DNA from: an uncultured Clostridia bacterium | Lineage (GTDB): Bacteria; Bacillota; Clostridia; TANB77; CAG-508 | NCBI GenBank assembly: GCA_904387305.1 | Contig: CAJFLB010000005.1 | Coordinates: forward strand, 6,704-70,703 | Direction: 5' to 3' | DNA: 64,000 nt | Translations under genes and position numbers: made by a program | Part shown: piece by piece, positions 8,673 through 18,063 of the stretch | Layout of the letters: each line of letters begins with the position of its first letter | Numbering within the stretch: the stretch's first letter is position 1 | Notes under the pieces: generated by a model | Told to the model about the DNA's origin: nothing | What the model saw: the letters and a program-made list of their open reading frames with translations, nothing else | Databases searched by the model: none

Positions 8673-11600
8673 ATGGGCTTAAGAATCATTTATGGAAAAA
8701 CAGGAACAGGAAAAAGTAGTTTGTGTTTTTCAGAAATTGCGAATTTAATAGAAAAAGAAGAAAATATATATTACATTACTCCAGAACAGTTTTCATTTAC
8801 AGCAGAGAAAAATTTAATGGGATTTTTAAAAGAAAAAGCTGTGATGAATGCAGAGGTTATTACATTTAGTAGAATGGCCGATAGGGCTTTAAACGAAATT
8901 GGAGGAAGGAATAAAACGAATTTATCAAAATGTGGAAAAGCGATGTTGATTTATTCTGTTTTATCTAAACATCAAAATGATTTCAAGTTTTTAGGTAAAA
9001 GTGATGAAAACATAGAGATTGGTATTCAGAGTATTACAGAATTAAAAAAACATGGAATTACCTTAGATATATTAGACAAAGAAATTGAAAATTTGGAAGA
9101 TAAATATCTAAAAACAAAATTAGAAGATATTCGATTGATTTATCAAAATTATGAAGAACAAATTTCACAAAATTATATTGAAGAAACAGATTTACTAGAT
9201 TTCTTGGCAAAAAATATAGAGAGTTTAAGTTGGATAAAGAATAGTATCATCTATATAGATGAGTTTTCAGGTTATACAGCACAAGAATATGAAGTAATAA
9301 AACAATTTATCAAATATGCAAAACAAGTGAATATCACGATATGTATTGATAATTTAGAAATGGAAACCAATCCAGATATAGATGTTTTTTATTCAAACAA
9401 ACAAACATTAAAAAAGCTAGTTAGAATAATTGATGAAAATCATTTTAAATTAAAAGAACCTGTTAATTTAGAAAAGCAATATCGATTAAAGAATGAAGAA
9501 CTACAAGTATTAAGTCAAAATTTAGTTAGCACAAAATCCACAAAATATGCAAAAGATGTGGAAAATATACATCTATTTTTAGCAAAAAATAGATATTCAG
9601 AAATTGAAAATGTAGCAAAAACAATCTGTAAAATGGTAAGAGAGAAAAACTTAAGATATAAAGATATGGCAATCATTACAAAAAATATAGATATGTATTC
9701 TTCATTAGTAAGGAGTATTTTTGCAAAATATGATATACCCGTATTTATTGATGAAAAAAGAGATTTAAATCAAAATATCATTGTACAATATGTACTTTCT
9801 ATATTTGAAATCTTTACAAACAATTATACAAGTGAAGCCATGTTTAATTATATTAAATTAGGTTTCTTAGATATAGAAGATGATGAAATTTTTAGATTAG
9901 AAAATTATTGTACCAAATGGGGAATTAAACGAAATAAATGGAAAGAAGATTTCAAATATGAAATGGAGGATGAGTCCAAAAAACAAGAAATTGAAAGATT
10001 AAATGAAATTAGAAAACAAATTATAGAGCCATTGGTTATTTTAAAAAAGAATATAGATAAAGAAAAGACAGCAATCAATATCACAAAGCAAATTTATACA
10101 TTTTTGCAAGAACAAAATATAGAAGAAAAAATTTCTAAAAAAGTAAAATGGCTAGAAGAAAATGGCTTGATTGATTTAGCAAATGAATATGTTGAAAGTT
10201 ATAACATTATTTTAGAAGTGTTAGATGAAATTGTTTTGGTATTTCAAGAAGATAAGATGACGATTGATATCTACAGCAAAATTTTAAAAATTGGCTTAAA
10301 AAATAGTGAATTAGGTAAGATTCCAGCAACACAAGATCAAGTGACATTAGGAGATGTTGATAGAACGAGAAGTCATAAAGTAGACATTGTATTTGTGATT
10401 GGACTAAATGATGGTGTTTTTCCAAGTGTCAATAAAGATGAGGGATTTTTAAATGATGCAGATAGAGAAAAATTAAAAAATGATGGTATGGAATTGGCAA
10501 ATGGAACATTAGAAAATTTATATGAAGAAAACTTTAATATATATAAAGTATTGACAACTGCAGAACAAGAGATGTATTTATCTTATGCTTCATCAGACGG
10601 GGAAGGAAAAGCTTTAAGACCATCTATCTTAATTCATAAGATTAAGAAGATTTTTCCAAAACTAGAAGAACAAAGTGATGTCATTAACAAAAAATATGAA
10701 ATCGCATGTCAAAATATTACCTATGAAGAATTATTAGAAAAATTATATCAATTAAAAAATAAAGAAGATATAGAAAAATTATGGTATGCAGTATATGATT
10801 GGTATAAACAAAATCCAAATTGGAATACCAGATTAGAACAAGATATGGAAGGGCTATCCTATACAAATGTACCTAAAAAATTAAAAAAAGCGAATATGGA
10901 TAAATTATATGGAAATACTTTACATACAAGCGTATCTAGGTTAGAACAATATAGAAGATGTCCATTTTCATATTATTTACAATATGGATTAAAAGTAAAA
11001 CCGAAAGAAGAGTTAAAAATTCAAAGCTTTAATACAGGTTCTTTTATGCATGAAACCATTGATGAATTTTTTAAATATGTGCATGAGAACAACTTAAATT
11101 TAGCCGAATTAGAAGAAATAGATATTCAAAAGATTGTATCTAAAATCATTGATGAAGATTTAGAATTATCCAAAAATTACATCTTTAAGGCAACAGTAAA
11201 ATATAAAATCTTAGTAAGAAGATTAAAAAAGATTGTCAGTAAAGCATTAAAATATATTATTCAGACATTAATTTACAGTGATTTTACCATTAAAGGAACA
11301 GAAGTGGAATTTGATAAAAAAGGAGAATACAAACCAATTTTATTAGAATTAGAAGATGGAAAAAGAATTGAAATTACTGGTAAAATCGATAGAATTGATA
11401 TTGCTAAAGAAGAGGATGGAAATTATTTAAGAATTATTGATTACAAATCTTCAAGCAAAAATATTGATTTAAATGAAGTGTATGCAGGTTTACAAATCCA
11501 ATTATTAACTTATGCAGATGCCGTATGTAAAGAAGAGGATTTAATTCCAGCAGGGATATTCTATTTTTCATTATTAGAGCAAATGATAAAAGCAGATAAA

Positions 11601-12038
11601 AAAATATCAGATGAAGAAATAGAAGAATTAATTAGAAAAAATTTCAAAATGAAAGGATTAATTGTGGCTGACGTAAAAGTTATTAAGATGAATGATAATT
11701 CTTTGACAACAGGAACTTCTAAAATGGTTCCTGCAGCGATTAGCAAATCTGGAGAAGTGATTGAAAAATGGACAAATGGTGTAAAACAAGAAGAGTTTAG
11801 CATATTGCAAAAATATATTTATCAAACCATAAAAGAAATTGGAAGAGAAATTTTTGATGGAAATATTGATTTAAAGCCATATTATAAAGAGGGAAAAACA
11901 CCATGTGAATATTGTGAATATAAATCAATATGTACGTTTGATCCAAGAAGAAAAGAAAATACATATCAATATATTAACAAATTGTCAAAAGATGATATAA
12001 TAAGAAAAATGGAAAAAGAAATTCATTACAATTCATAG
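8673..12038 (+). CDS. addB: ATP-dependent helicase/deoxyribonuclease subunit B (AddB/RexB)
   Basis: AAGGAG 6 nt before ATG 8673; N-terminal Walker A GKTGTGKSS; C-terminal nuclease/Fe-S cysteines CPFSYYLQYG and CEYCEYKSIC. Confidence 0.9.
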   Translation: MGLRIIYGKTGTGKSSLCFSEIANLIEKEENIYYITPEQFSFTAEKNLMGFLKEKAVMNAEVITFSRMADRALNEIGGRNKTNLSKCGKAMLIYSVLSKHQNDFKFLGKSDENIEIGIQSITELKKHGITLDILDKEIENLEDKYLKTKLEDIRLIYQNYEEQISQNYIEETDLLDFLAKNIESLSWIKNSIIYIDEFSGYTAQEYEVIKQFIKYAKQVNITICIDNLEMETNPDIDVFYSNKQTLKKLVRIIDENHFKLKEPVNLEKQYRLKNEELQVLSQNLVSTKSTKYAKDVENIHLFLAKNRYSEIENVAKTICKMVREKNLRYKDMAIITKNIDMYSSLVRSIFAKYDIPVFIDEKRDLNQNIIVQYVLSIFEIFTNNYTSEAMFNYIKLGFLDIEDDEIFRLENYCTKWGIKRNKWKEDFKYEMEDESKKQEIERLNEIRKQIIEPLVILKKNIDKEKTAINITKQIYTFLQEQNIEEKISKKVKWLEENGLIDLANEYVESYNIILEVLDEIVLVFQEDKMTIDIYSKILKIGLKNSELGKIPATQDQVTLGDVDRTRSHKVDIVFVIGLNDGVFPSVNKDEGFLNDADREKLKNDGMELANGTLENLYEENFNIYKVLTTAEQEMYLSYASSDGEGKALRPSILIHKIKKIFPKLEEQSDVINKKYEIACQNITYEELLEKLYQLKNKEDIEKLWYAVYDWYKQNPNWNTRLEQDMEGLSYTNVPKKLKKANMDKLYGNTLHTSVSRLEQYRRCPFSYYLQYGLKVKPKEELKIQSFNTGSFMHETIDEFFKYVHENNLNLAELEEIDIQKIVSKIIDEDLELSKNYIFKATVKYKILVRRLKKIVSKALKYIIQTLIYSDFTIKGTEVEFDKKGEYKPILLELEDGKRIEITGKIDRIDIAKEEDGNYLRIIDYKSSSKNIDLNEVYAGLQIQLLTYADAVCKEEDLIPAGIFYFSLLEQMIKADKKISDEEIEELIRKNFKMKGLIVADVKVIKMNDNSLTTGTSKMVPAAISKSGEVIEKWTNGVKQEEFSILQKYIYQTIKEIGREIFDGNIDLKPYYKEGKTPCEYCEYKSICTFDPRRKENTYQYINKLSKDDIIRKMEKEIHYNS

Positions 12039-12068
12039 CAGAGATATAGAATGTTGATATATTAATAT

Positions 12069-12092
12069 TTCATAAATTTTTCGGTTCAATAC
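12069..12092 (+). repeat. Fragment related to the core of LIR-2/LIR-3
   Basis: TTCATAAATTTTTCGGTTCAATAC resembles ATTCATAAAT-ATTTATTACTCGGTTCAATACAA at 15738-15771 and 39749-39783; a second TTCATAAAT lies at 12115. Confidence 0.3.
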
Positions 12093-12156
12093 GGAAATGT
12101 GAGTTATAAAGAAGTTCATAAATGATAAACGAAAATAAAAACAGAAGAGGAATTAT

Positions 12157-13431
12157 ATGAAAGAAAAAGAAAAAGTACAGATGAGAAAACGAAATATGAA
12201 ATTATTTCCCATATATAAAACACTTAGCTGGGATTATATATTTTTTTATACAACTAATTTCTTATTTTTAACACAATGTAAACATATTCATCCAGCAGAT
12301 GTTGTATTAATAGATTCATTTTATGCTCTATTTGGAATTGTTATGCAGGTTCCAGCAACCTTTGTCATAGAATATTTGGGAAGAAAAAGAAGCATGATAT
12401 TGGCCAATTTTTTGAATTGCCTCTATATGTTAGTGGTCATGTTTAGTACGAATTTATTTAACTTGATTACTGCAGAGTTATTGTCATCATTGGCTTTTGG
12501 AATTAAAGAATCGGTGGATCCAGCTTTATTAAATGAATCTATACCACCTTCAAAATATAAAAGTAAAATTTTTGCTAAAATTAGTCAAAAAGGAATGGCA
12601 AACTATTATATCATTAATGCTATAGCAACTGTATTGGCAGGCTTTTTCTATGATATCAATCCATATATACCAATTACATTATCTTTCATGATTACTATAT
12701 TGGTAACCATCCTATCTATAGGATTTATTGAGCCACAGACCACAAGGAAAAAACATAAAGTCCAAGAATTTAATCAACTAAAGGACTTAAAAGACTCTTT
12801 TAAATTTATTTTGACTTCAGAAAGATTAAAAGCTTTAATCCTATTCTCAGCGGTATCAGGTGGTATTATAAGTCTTATGGCAACATATGAAGTGAGTTTG
12901 CTAGAAGATTTTGATATGCCAGCAAAATATTTATGTATGATTTTTGCTGTATTAGGAATTATTTTAGGAATATTAGCAAATAAACAAGAAGCTTTTCATG
13001 AAAAATATAGAAATAAATCTTTATGTACTTTATTTGGAATAATAGGTGGAACGATTTTAATAGCAGGAATATGTGCTGTCATTGCAAAACAGTATAGTCT
13101 ATTTATTATATTTATCGTTGTTACATATATGATTCGATATTCATGCCAAGGAATGTATTATCCATTAACAGAAAGATACTTAAGAAATTTTTCAAATGAA
13201 AAGATTGACACAAAAATATTTACGGCAAAAAATTTTTTGAAAAGTATATTAAGTGCTGTGATTGGTATAATGGGCTCATTTTTATTAGATAGAATGAATA
13301 TTTCTTATTGCATGCTTATTGTAGGTATTTCAACAATTATACTTACAATACTTATGAGCCAATATATGAGAACCAGAGTAGGTTTAAAACCAGAAGAATA
13401 TACTAAAGAAGAACTTCAATTTGACGAGTAA
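12157..13431 (+). CDS. MFS-type transporter (12-helix membrane protein), paralogue 1
   Basis: Hydrophobic multi-helix protein; shares FPIYK..WDY.FFYT..FLFLTQ, LNESIPPS.YKS and YLRNFSNEKIDTKIF blocks with the next gene. Confidence 0.7.
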   Translation: MKEKEKVQMRKRNMKLFPIYKTLSWDYIFFYTTNFLFLTQCKHIHPADVVLIDSFYALFGIVMQVPATFVIEYLGRKRSMILANFLNCLYMLVVMFSTNLFNLITAELLSSLAFGIKESVDPALLNESIPPSKYKSKIFAKISQKGMANYYIINAIATVLAGFFYDINPYIPITLSFMITILVTILSIGFIEPQTTRKKHKVQEFNQLKDLKDSFKFILTSERLKALILFSAVSGGIISLMATYEVSLLEDFDMPAKYLCMIFAVLGIILGILANKQEAFHEKYRNKSLCTLFGIIGGTILIAGICAVIAKQYSLFIIFIVVTYMIRYSCQGMYYPLTERYLRNFSNEKIDTKIFTAKNFLKSILSAVIGIMGSFLLDRMNISYCMLIVGISTIILTILMSQYMRTRVGLKPEEYTKEELQFDE

Positions 13432-13456
13432 AAAAACAAATGAAAAGGAGGAAAGC

Positions 13457-14758
13457 ATGGGGAATAAAGAAGATGTGCAAATGATGAGAAAGACAAATAT
13501 GAGAATATTTCCAATATATAAGAGATTGGCTTGGGATTATTTATTTTTCTATACCATTGACTTCTTATTCTTAACCCAAATAAAAGGAATTAGTGCTTCA
13601 GATGTTATGCTGAAAAGTACGTTTCATGCATTTTTTAGCATTGTATTACAACTTCCTGCAAATATCATTGTTGAATTTTTAGGGAGAAAAAATAGTATTA
13701 TATTAGGAAATATTTTGGGATGTCTTTACATGGTAATTATCATGATGAGTGGAAGTTTGTTTGACTTAATAATAGCTGAATTTTTCAGTAGTATGGCGTT
13801 TTCAATAAAAAATGTAGCAGAACCAAGTTTATTAAATGAATCTATTCCACCATCAAGATATAAAAGTCAAATATATTCAAAAATTAGTTCTAAAGGAGCA
13901 TCAGAATTTTATTTCTTAGATGCCGTTTCAAAAGCTGTGGCAGGAATATTGTTTACGGTTAATGCATATTTACCAATTATATTATCATTACTTGTATTAA
14001 TTATTGTTACAGTATTATCAATTGGATTTATAGAGCCAATAAAAAAGAAGAAAAAGGGAAATGCTGTATTAATGTATAAAGTAGAATTAAAAAACGTAAA
14101 ACAAGGTTTTGTATTTGTATTAAAATCAGAAAGATTAAAAGCATTAATCTTATGCGCAGCATTAATATATGCCTTATTGCAAATATCTTTAACTTATAAT
14201 GTTAGCTTAGAGGAAAATATAGGGTTATCATCAATCGCTATAGGACTCATAGCAGCAAGTGGAGGAATGATTAGTTCAATAGCTTCTAAATATCAAGGTC
14301 AATTTCATAATAAATTTAGAAATAAAAGTTTAATAACGATTGCAATGATGCTTTCTATTAGTGTTATAATTGCTGGAATTGTAGGAATAGGCGCCAAAGA
14401 ATCAATTGTTTTAATGACATTAGTAATTTTAGCAATATTTATGTATAATTTTTGTTGGGGAATGTTTCATACGATTATAGATAAATATCTTAGAAATTTT
14501 TCCAATGAGAAAATAGATACCAAAATATTTGCAGCATATAATTTATTTAGAAATGTATTTAGAATGATTGGAACATTATTTGCATCATTCTTGTTAGATA
14601 AAATGGCGACAACTTATTGTATGATTATTATAGGTGTTTTATTTACAATCATATATATTTTGTTAGGAAAATATATGAAAACAAGAGTAGGATTAAAACC
14701 AGAAGAATATTCTAAAGAGGAAAGAAAATATGATGAATTAAATCAAGCAAAAGAGTAA
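13457..14758 (+). CDS. MFS-type transporter, paralogue 2 (tandem duplicate)
   Basis: AAAGGAGG RBS before ATG 13457 (the track start 13421 is an upstream alternative codon); same conserved blocks as 12157..13431. Confidence 0.7.
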   Translation: MGNKEDVQMMRKTNMRIFPIYKRLAWDYLFFYTIDFLFLTQIKGISASDVMLKSTFHAFFSIVLQLPANIIVEFLGRKNSIILGNILGCLYMVIIMMSGSLFDLIIAEFFSSMAFSIKNVAEPSLLNESIPPSRYKSQIYSKISSKGASEFYFLDAVSKAVAGILFTVNAYLPIILSLLVLIIVTVLSIGFIEPIKKKKKGNAVLMYKVELKNVKQGFVFVLKSERLKALILCAALIYALLQISLTYNVSLEENIGLSSIAIGLIAASGGMISSIASKYQGQFHNKFRNKSLITIAMMLSISVIIAGIVGIGAKESIVLMTLVILAIFMYNFCWGMFHTIIDKYLRNFSNEKIDTKIFAAYNLFRNVFRMIGTLFASFLLDKMATTYCMIIIGVLFTIIYILLGKYMKTRVGLKPEEYSKEERKYDELNQAKE

Positions 14759-14804
14759 ATAAAAAGTATAAATGAACTATATATTTGTTTTACGAGGTGA
14801 TAAT

Positions 14805-15695
14805 GTGAAAGATTTATCCAATAAAAATGTGATTCATATAAAAGATAATGACATAGAATATTTGCAATTTAAAAAATTATTAGAATATAAAGAAATTATA
14901 AATCATGCATATGCATTAGGATTAGACGTGGGATTTAAAACAACCAAACCAGATCAAAAACCAACATCTCCAGAAAGAATGGAATTGGCAAGAACATCAT
15001 ATCAAAAATTATGTAGTAGCATGGGAAGTGATGATACTCATATTGTGCAAGCCAATCAAAATCATACAGATATTGTCAAAATTGTTCAAACAAAAGTAAA
15101 TGTAGATGAACCAGATTTTAGTTTGACAGAAGAAGGAATAGAAGATGGATTAATAACTAATCAAAGAAACTTAGCATTAGCAACAACAAATGCAGATTGT
15201 ATCTTATTACTATTTTTTGATCCAGTAAAACGTGTAATTGCCAATACACATTCTGGTTGGAAAGGAACCTTGCAAAGAATTTCTATCAAAACTGTTCAAA
15301 AAATGATAAAAGAATTTGGAAGTAAGCCTCAAGATATCATATGTTGTATTTGTCCAAGTATTCGAAAATGCCATTTTGAAGTAGATAAAGATGTGAAAGA
15401 TATGTTCCAAAATGAGTTTTATGATTTAGAAAATGTTAAATTTATAGACATAGAAGAGGGAAATAAACAAAAGGTAATTCGATTAAGAGATTTTATAGAA
15501 GAAAAAGTAGAAAATACGAAATGGAATATTGATACAGTTTTAATTAATAAAATTCTTATTCAAAGAGAAGGATTAAAGCCAGAAAATATTATTGATTCAG
15601 GAATTTGTAGTGTTTGTCATTCAGATATCATACATTCCTATCGAATTGAAAAGAAAGATTATAATACAGAAACAGCAATTATAGAATTAAAATAG
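14805..15695 (+). CDS. pgeF: YfiH/PgeF (DUF152, laccase-domain) family protein
   Basis: NADCILLLFFDP...THSGWKGT, CICPSIRKCHFEV and CSVCHSDIIHSYR motifs. GTG 14805 follows GAGGTGA; the ATG at 14772 has no RBS. Confidence 0.8.
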   Translation: MKDLSNKNVIHIKDNDIEYLQFKKLLEYKEIINHAYALGLDVGFKTTKPDQKPTSPERMELARTSYQKLCSSMGSDDTHIVQANQNHTDIVKIVQTKVNVDEPDFSLTEEGIEDGLITNQRNLALATTNADCILLLFFDPVKRVIANTHSGWKGTLQRISIKTVQKMIKEFGSKPQDIICCICPSIRKCHFEVDKDVKDMFQNEFYDLENVKFIDIEEGNKQKVIRLRDFIEEKVENTKWNIDTVLINKILIQREGLKPENIIDSGICSVCHSDIIHSYRIEKKDYNTETAIIELK

Positions 15696-15720
15696 AAATT
15701 ATGTGATTTCTGTTTAGATT

Positions 15721-15817
15721 TCTGTGTAAGCCATGGTATTCATAAATTATTTATTACTCGGTTCAATACAAGTATATTCGTAATTAAATAATTTATGAAT
15801 ACTATGGCTTACACAGA
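15721..15817. repeat. 97-bp long inverted repeat (LIR-2)
   Basis: TCTGTGTAAGCCATGGTATTCATAAATTATTTATTAC ... GTAATTAAATAATTTATGAATACTATGGCTTACACAGA with loop TCGGTTCAATACAAGTATATTC. The core is shared with LIR-3. Confidence 0.75.
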
Positions 15818-15876
15818 AGGTTAAGTATAAATATTGTATTGATAAAAAAATTAAATAAATAAAGGATGTAGTAAAA

Positions 15877-16431
15877 ATGTTTAAAACATGGGAAGAATTA
15901 GAAGAATCAATTAAAGGCTGTAATAAATGTAAACTATGTAAGACAAGGCAAAACATTGTATTCGGAACTGGAAATAAACAGGCAAAGTTAATGTTTATTG
16001 GAGAGGGGCCTGGAGCAGACGAGGATAGATTAGGTGAACCATTTGTAGGAAGAGCTGGAAAATTAATGAATTTAGCATTTGAAACTTTAGGTATTGATCG
16101 AAATGAAGTGTATATTGCCAATGTTGTAAAATGTAGACCACCAGGCAATAGAAATCCAGAAGATGATGAAGCAATAGCCTGCTTAAATTATCTAAGAAAT
16201 CAAGTCATACTTGTACATCCAGAAATCATTGTTTTATTAGGAAGTGTCGCTTTGAAAAATATTCTTGGAAAGGAATATGGTATTACAGCTTCTAGAGGAA
16301 AATGGGTAGAAAAGAAAGGAATAAAATATATGCCAACTTGGCATCCAGCAGCACTATTAAGAGACGAAACGAAAAAAATTGATTTTATAAAAGATTTACA
16401 AAAAGTAGTAGAAGAATTTCAAGAAAATTGA
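15877..16431 (+). CDS. Uracil-DNA glycosylase, family 4
   Basis: CNKCKLC, GEGPGADEDRLGEPFVGRAGKLM, NVVKCRPPGNRNP and HPAALLR motifs. Confidence 0.85.
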   Translation: MFKTWEELEESIKGCNKCKLCKTRQNIVFGTGNKQAKLMFIGEGPGADEDRLGEPFVGRAGKLMNLAFETLGIDRNEVYIANVVKCRPPGNRNPEDDEAIACLNYLRNQVILVHPEIIVLLGSVALKNILGKEYGITASRGKWVEKKGIKYMPTWHPAALLRDETKKIDFIKDLQKVVEEFQEN

Positions 16432-16518
16432 AATATTGATTTATTTTGAGAGTCAAACTTAATATTTTATAAATTAAGTTTAACTATTATAATTTGATAT
16501 ACGATTAAGTCATTTTTA

Positions 16519-16547
16519 TTGACTAAAAGCTGTAAACAAGGTAAAAT
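16519..16547 (+). promoter_or_regulatory. Sigma-A type promoter candidate upstream of 16698
   Basis: TTGACT, 17-nt spacer, TAAAAT. Confidence 0.4.
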
Positions 16548-16697
16548 ATTTTATAGAATAAAAAGAGTTGATATTATCAATTCTTTTTTACTATACAAGA
16601 AACAATACTTCATTCTAACAATTGCTTACAATTTTATTTACATAAAATTAGCATCGAATAAATATATAAAATAAAAAGAAAAGAGGAGTAAAAAGTG

Positions 16698-17954
16698 ATG
16701 AAAGAAATAGAAGAAAAAGTAAATTATTGTTTGAATTGTAAGGTAAAACCATGTTCTTTAAAAGGGTGTCCATTAAATAATCATATACCAGATTTTATAC
16801 AAGCTTTAAAGAAAGAAGAATATGTAGAAGCTTATAAAATTTTATCAGAAACAACCGTTTTACCAGGTGTATGTGGAAGAATTTGTCCACATGAAAAACA
16901 ATGTCAAGGTTCTTGTGTAAGAGGAATAAAAGGAGAACCAGTTTCAATAGGAGAACTAGAAGCGTATACTTTTGATAAAGTACATGAATTAGGATATCAT
17001 CTATCAGATTGTTATGAAAAAACAGAAAAAAAAGATAAAAAAGTGGCAGTTTTAGGAGGAGGTCCAGCAGGGCTAACTTGTGCAGCTTTTTTAGCAAAAG
17101 AGGGAATACAAGTAACAATATATGAAAAATATGACTATTTAGGTGGTTTACTAATGTTTGGAATACCAGATTTTAGACTACCAAAAGAGATTGTAGAAAA
17201 TACAGTAAAAGATATCCTAGATTTAGGAATAGAAGTAAAATATCATCAAGAACTTGGGAAAGATTTTATGTTAAAAGATTTAGAGAATGAGTATGATGCT
17301 ATATTTTTAAGTATTGGTGCCAATTGTTCTTCTAAGATGGGAGTAGAAGGTGAAGATTTAGAAGGTGTTTATGGTGGAAATGAATTACTAGAATACAATC
17401 TACATCCTAACTATAAAGGAAAAAAGGTCATTGTGACAGGTGGCGGAAATGTAGCAATGGATTGTGCTAGAACCATTAACCGATTAGGAGCAAAAGAAGT
17501 GACAGTTGTTTATAGAAGAGCAGAAGAGCAAATGCCAGCAGAAAAGAAGGAAATACAAGATGCGAAAAATGAAGGGGTACAATTTGCTTTTCAAAATAAT
17601 ATTGTAAAAATAATAGGAAATGAAAAAGTAGAAAAAGTTGAATTAATAAAAACAAAATTGATTCAAAAAGAAGGGGAGAGCAGATTATCTCCTGTTAATA
17701 TTGAAAATAGTAATTATCAGGTAGATGTTGATTATATTGTGATGGCATTAGGTTCAAAGCCACAAGAATTTGTAAAAGATTTAGGATTAGAATTAAATAA
17801 ATGGGGAAATATACAAGTAGATGAAGAATATAAAACATCTAATCCTAAAGTGTATGCAGGTGGAGACTTAGCAGGGATGAAAGGAACTGTCGCATGGGCA
17901 GCAAAATCAGGAAGAGAAGCTGCAAGAAATATCATAAAAAATATAATAAACTAA
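16698..17954 (+). CDS. NAD(P)H-dependent oxidoreductase of the glutamate synthase small-subunit (GltD/PreT) family
   Basis: N-terminal Fe-S cysteines (CLNCKVKPC, CGRICPHEKQCQGSC) and two Rossmann motifs VAVLGGGPAGLTCA and VTGGGNVAMDCA. GTG 16695 is an alternative start. Confidence 0.8.
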   Translation: MKEIEEKVNYCLNCKVKPCSLKGCPLNNHIPDFIQALKKEEYVEAYKILSETTVLPGVCGRICPHEKQCQGSCVRGIKGEPVSIGELEAYTFDKVHELGYHLSDCYEKTEKKDKKVAVLGGGPAGLTCAAFLAKEGIQVTIYEKYDYLGGLLMFGIPDFRLPKEIVENTVKDILDLGIEVKYHQELGKDFMLKDLENEYDAIFLSIGANCSSKMGVEGEDLEGVYGGNELLEYNLHPNYKGKKVIVTGGGNVAMDCARTINRLGAKEVTVVYRRAEEQMPAEKKEIQDAKNEGVQFAFQNNIVKIIGNEKVEKVELIKTKLIQKEGESRLSPVNIENSNYQVDVDYIVMALGSKPQEFVKDLGLELNKWGNIQVDEEYKTSNPKVYAGGDLAGMKGTVAWAAKSGREAARNIIKNIIN

Positions 17955-18059
17955 AGATACAATTATTTTGATTTATGAAAAGATATATGCAAAAGGAGAA
18001 ATTTATTTAGAATATAATGTTAGTTATATCTTTTCATAAATTGGAAAAATTGTATCTTT
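17953..18059. repeat. 107-nt hairpin filling a convergent intergenic spacer (bidirectional terminator or LIR)
   Basis: AAAGATACAATTATTTTGATTTATGAAAAGATATA pairs with TATATCTTTTCATAAATTGGAAAAATTGTATCTTT. It starts inside the stop codon of 16698..17954 and ends 4 nt before the stop of 18064..19167. Confidence 0.6.
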
Positions 18060-18063
18060 AATT

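Noticed and set aside
15747-16148. 133-codon minus-strand ORF overlapping the UDG gene
   Set aside because: It is antisense to a gene with clear family-4 UDG motifs, and its 3' end (lower coordinate) runs into the LIR-2 hairpin. Typical AT-rich antisense ORF.
16564-16589. Hairpin plus T-run only about 20 nt downstream of the 16519 promoter candidate (possible attenuator or tiny RNA)
   Set aside because: The stem is only 7 bp with a mismatch and the promoter call itself is weak, so the evidence is too thin for a regulatory claim.
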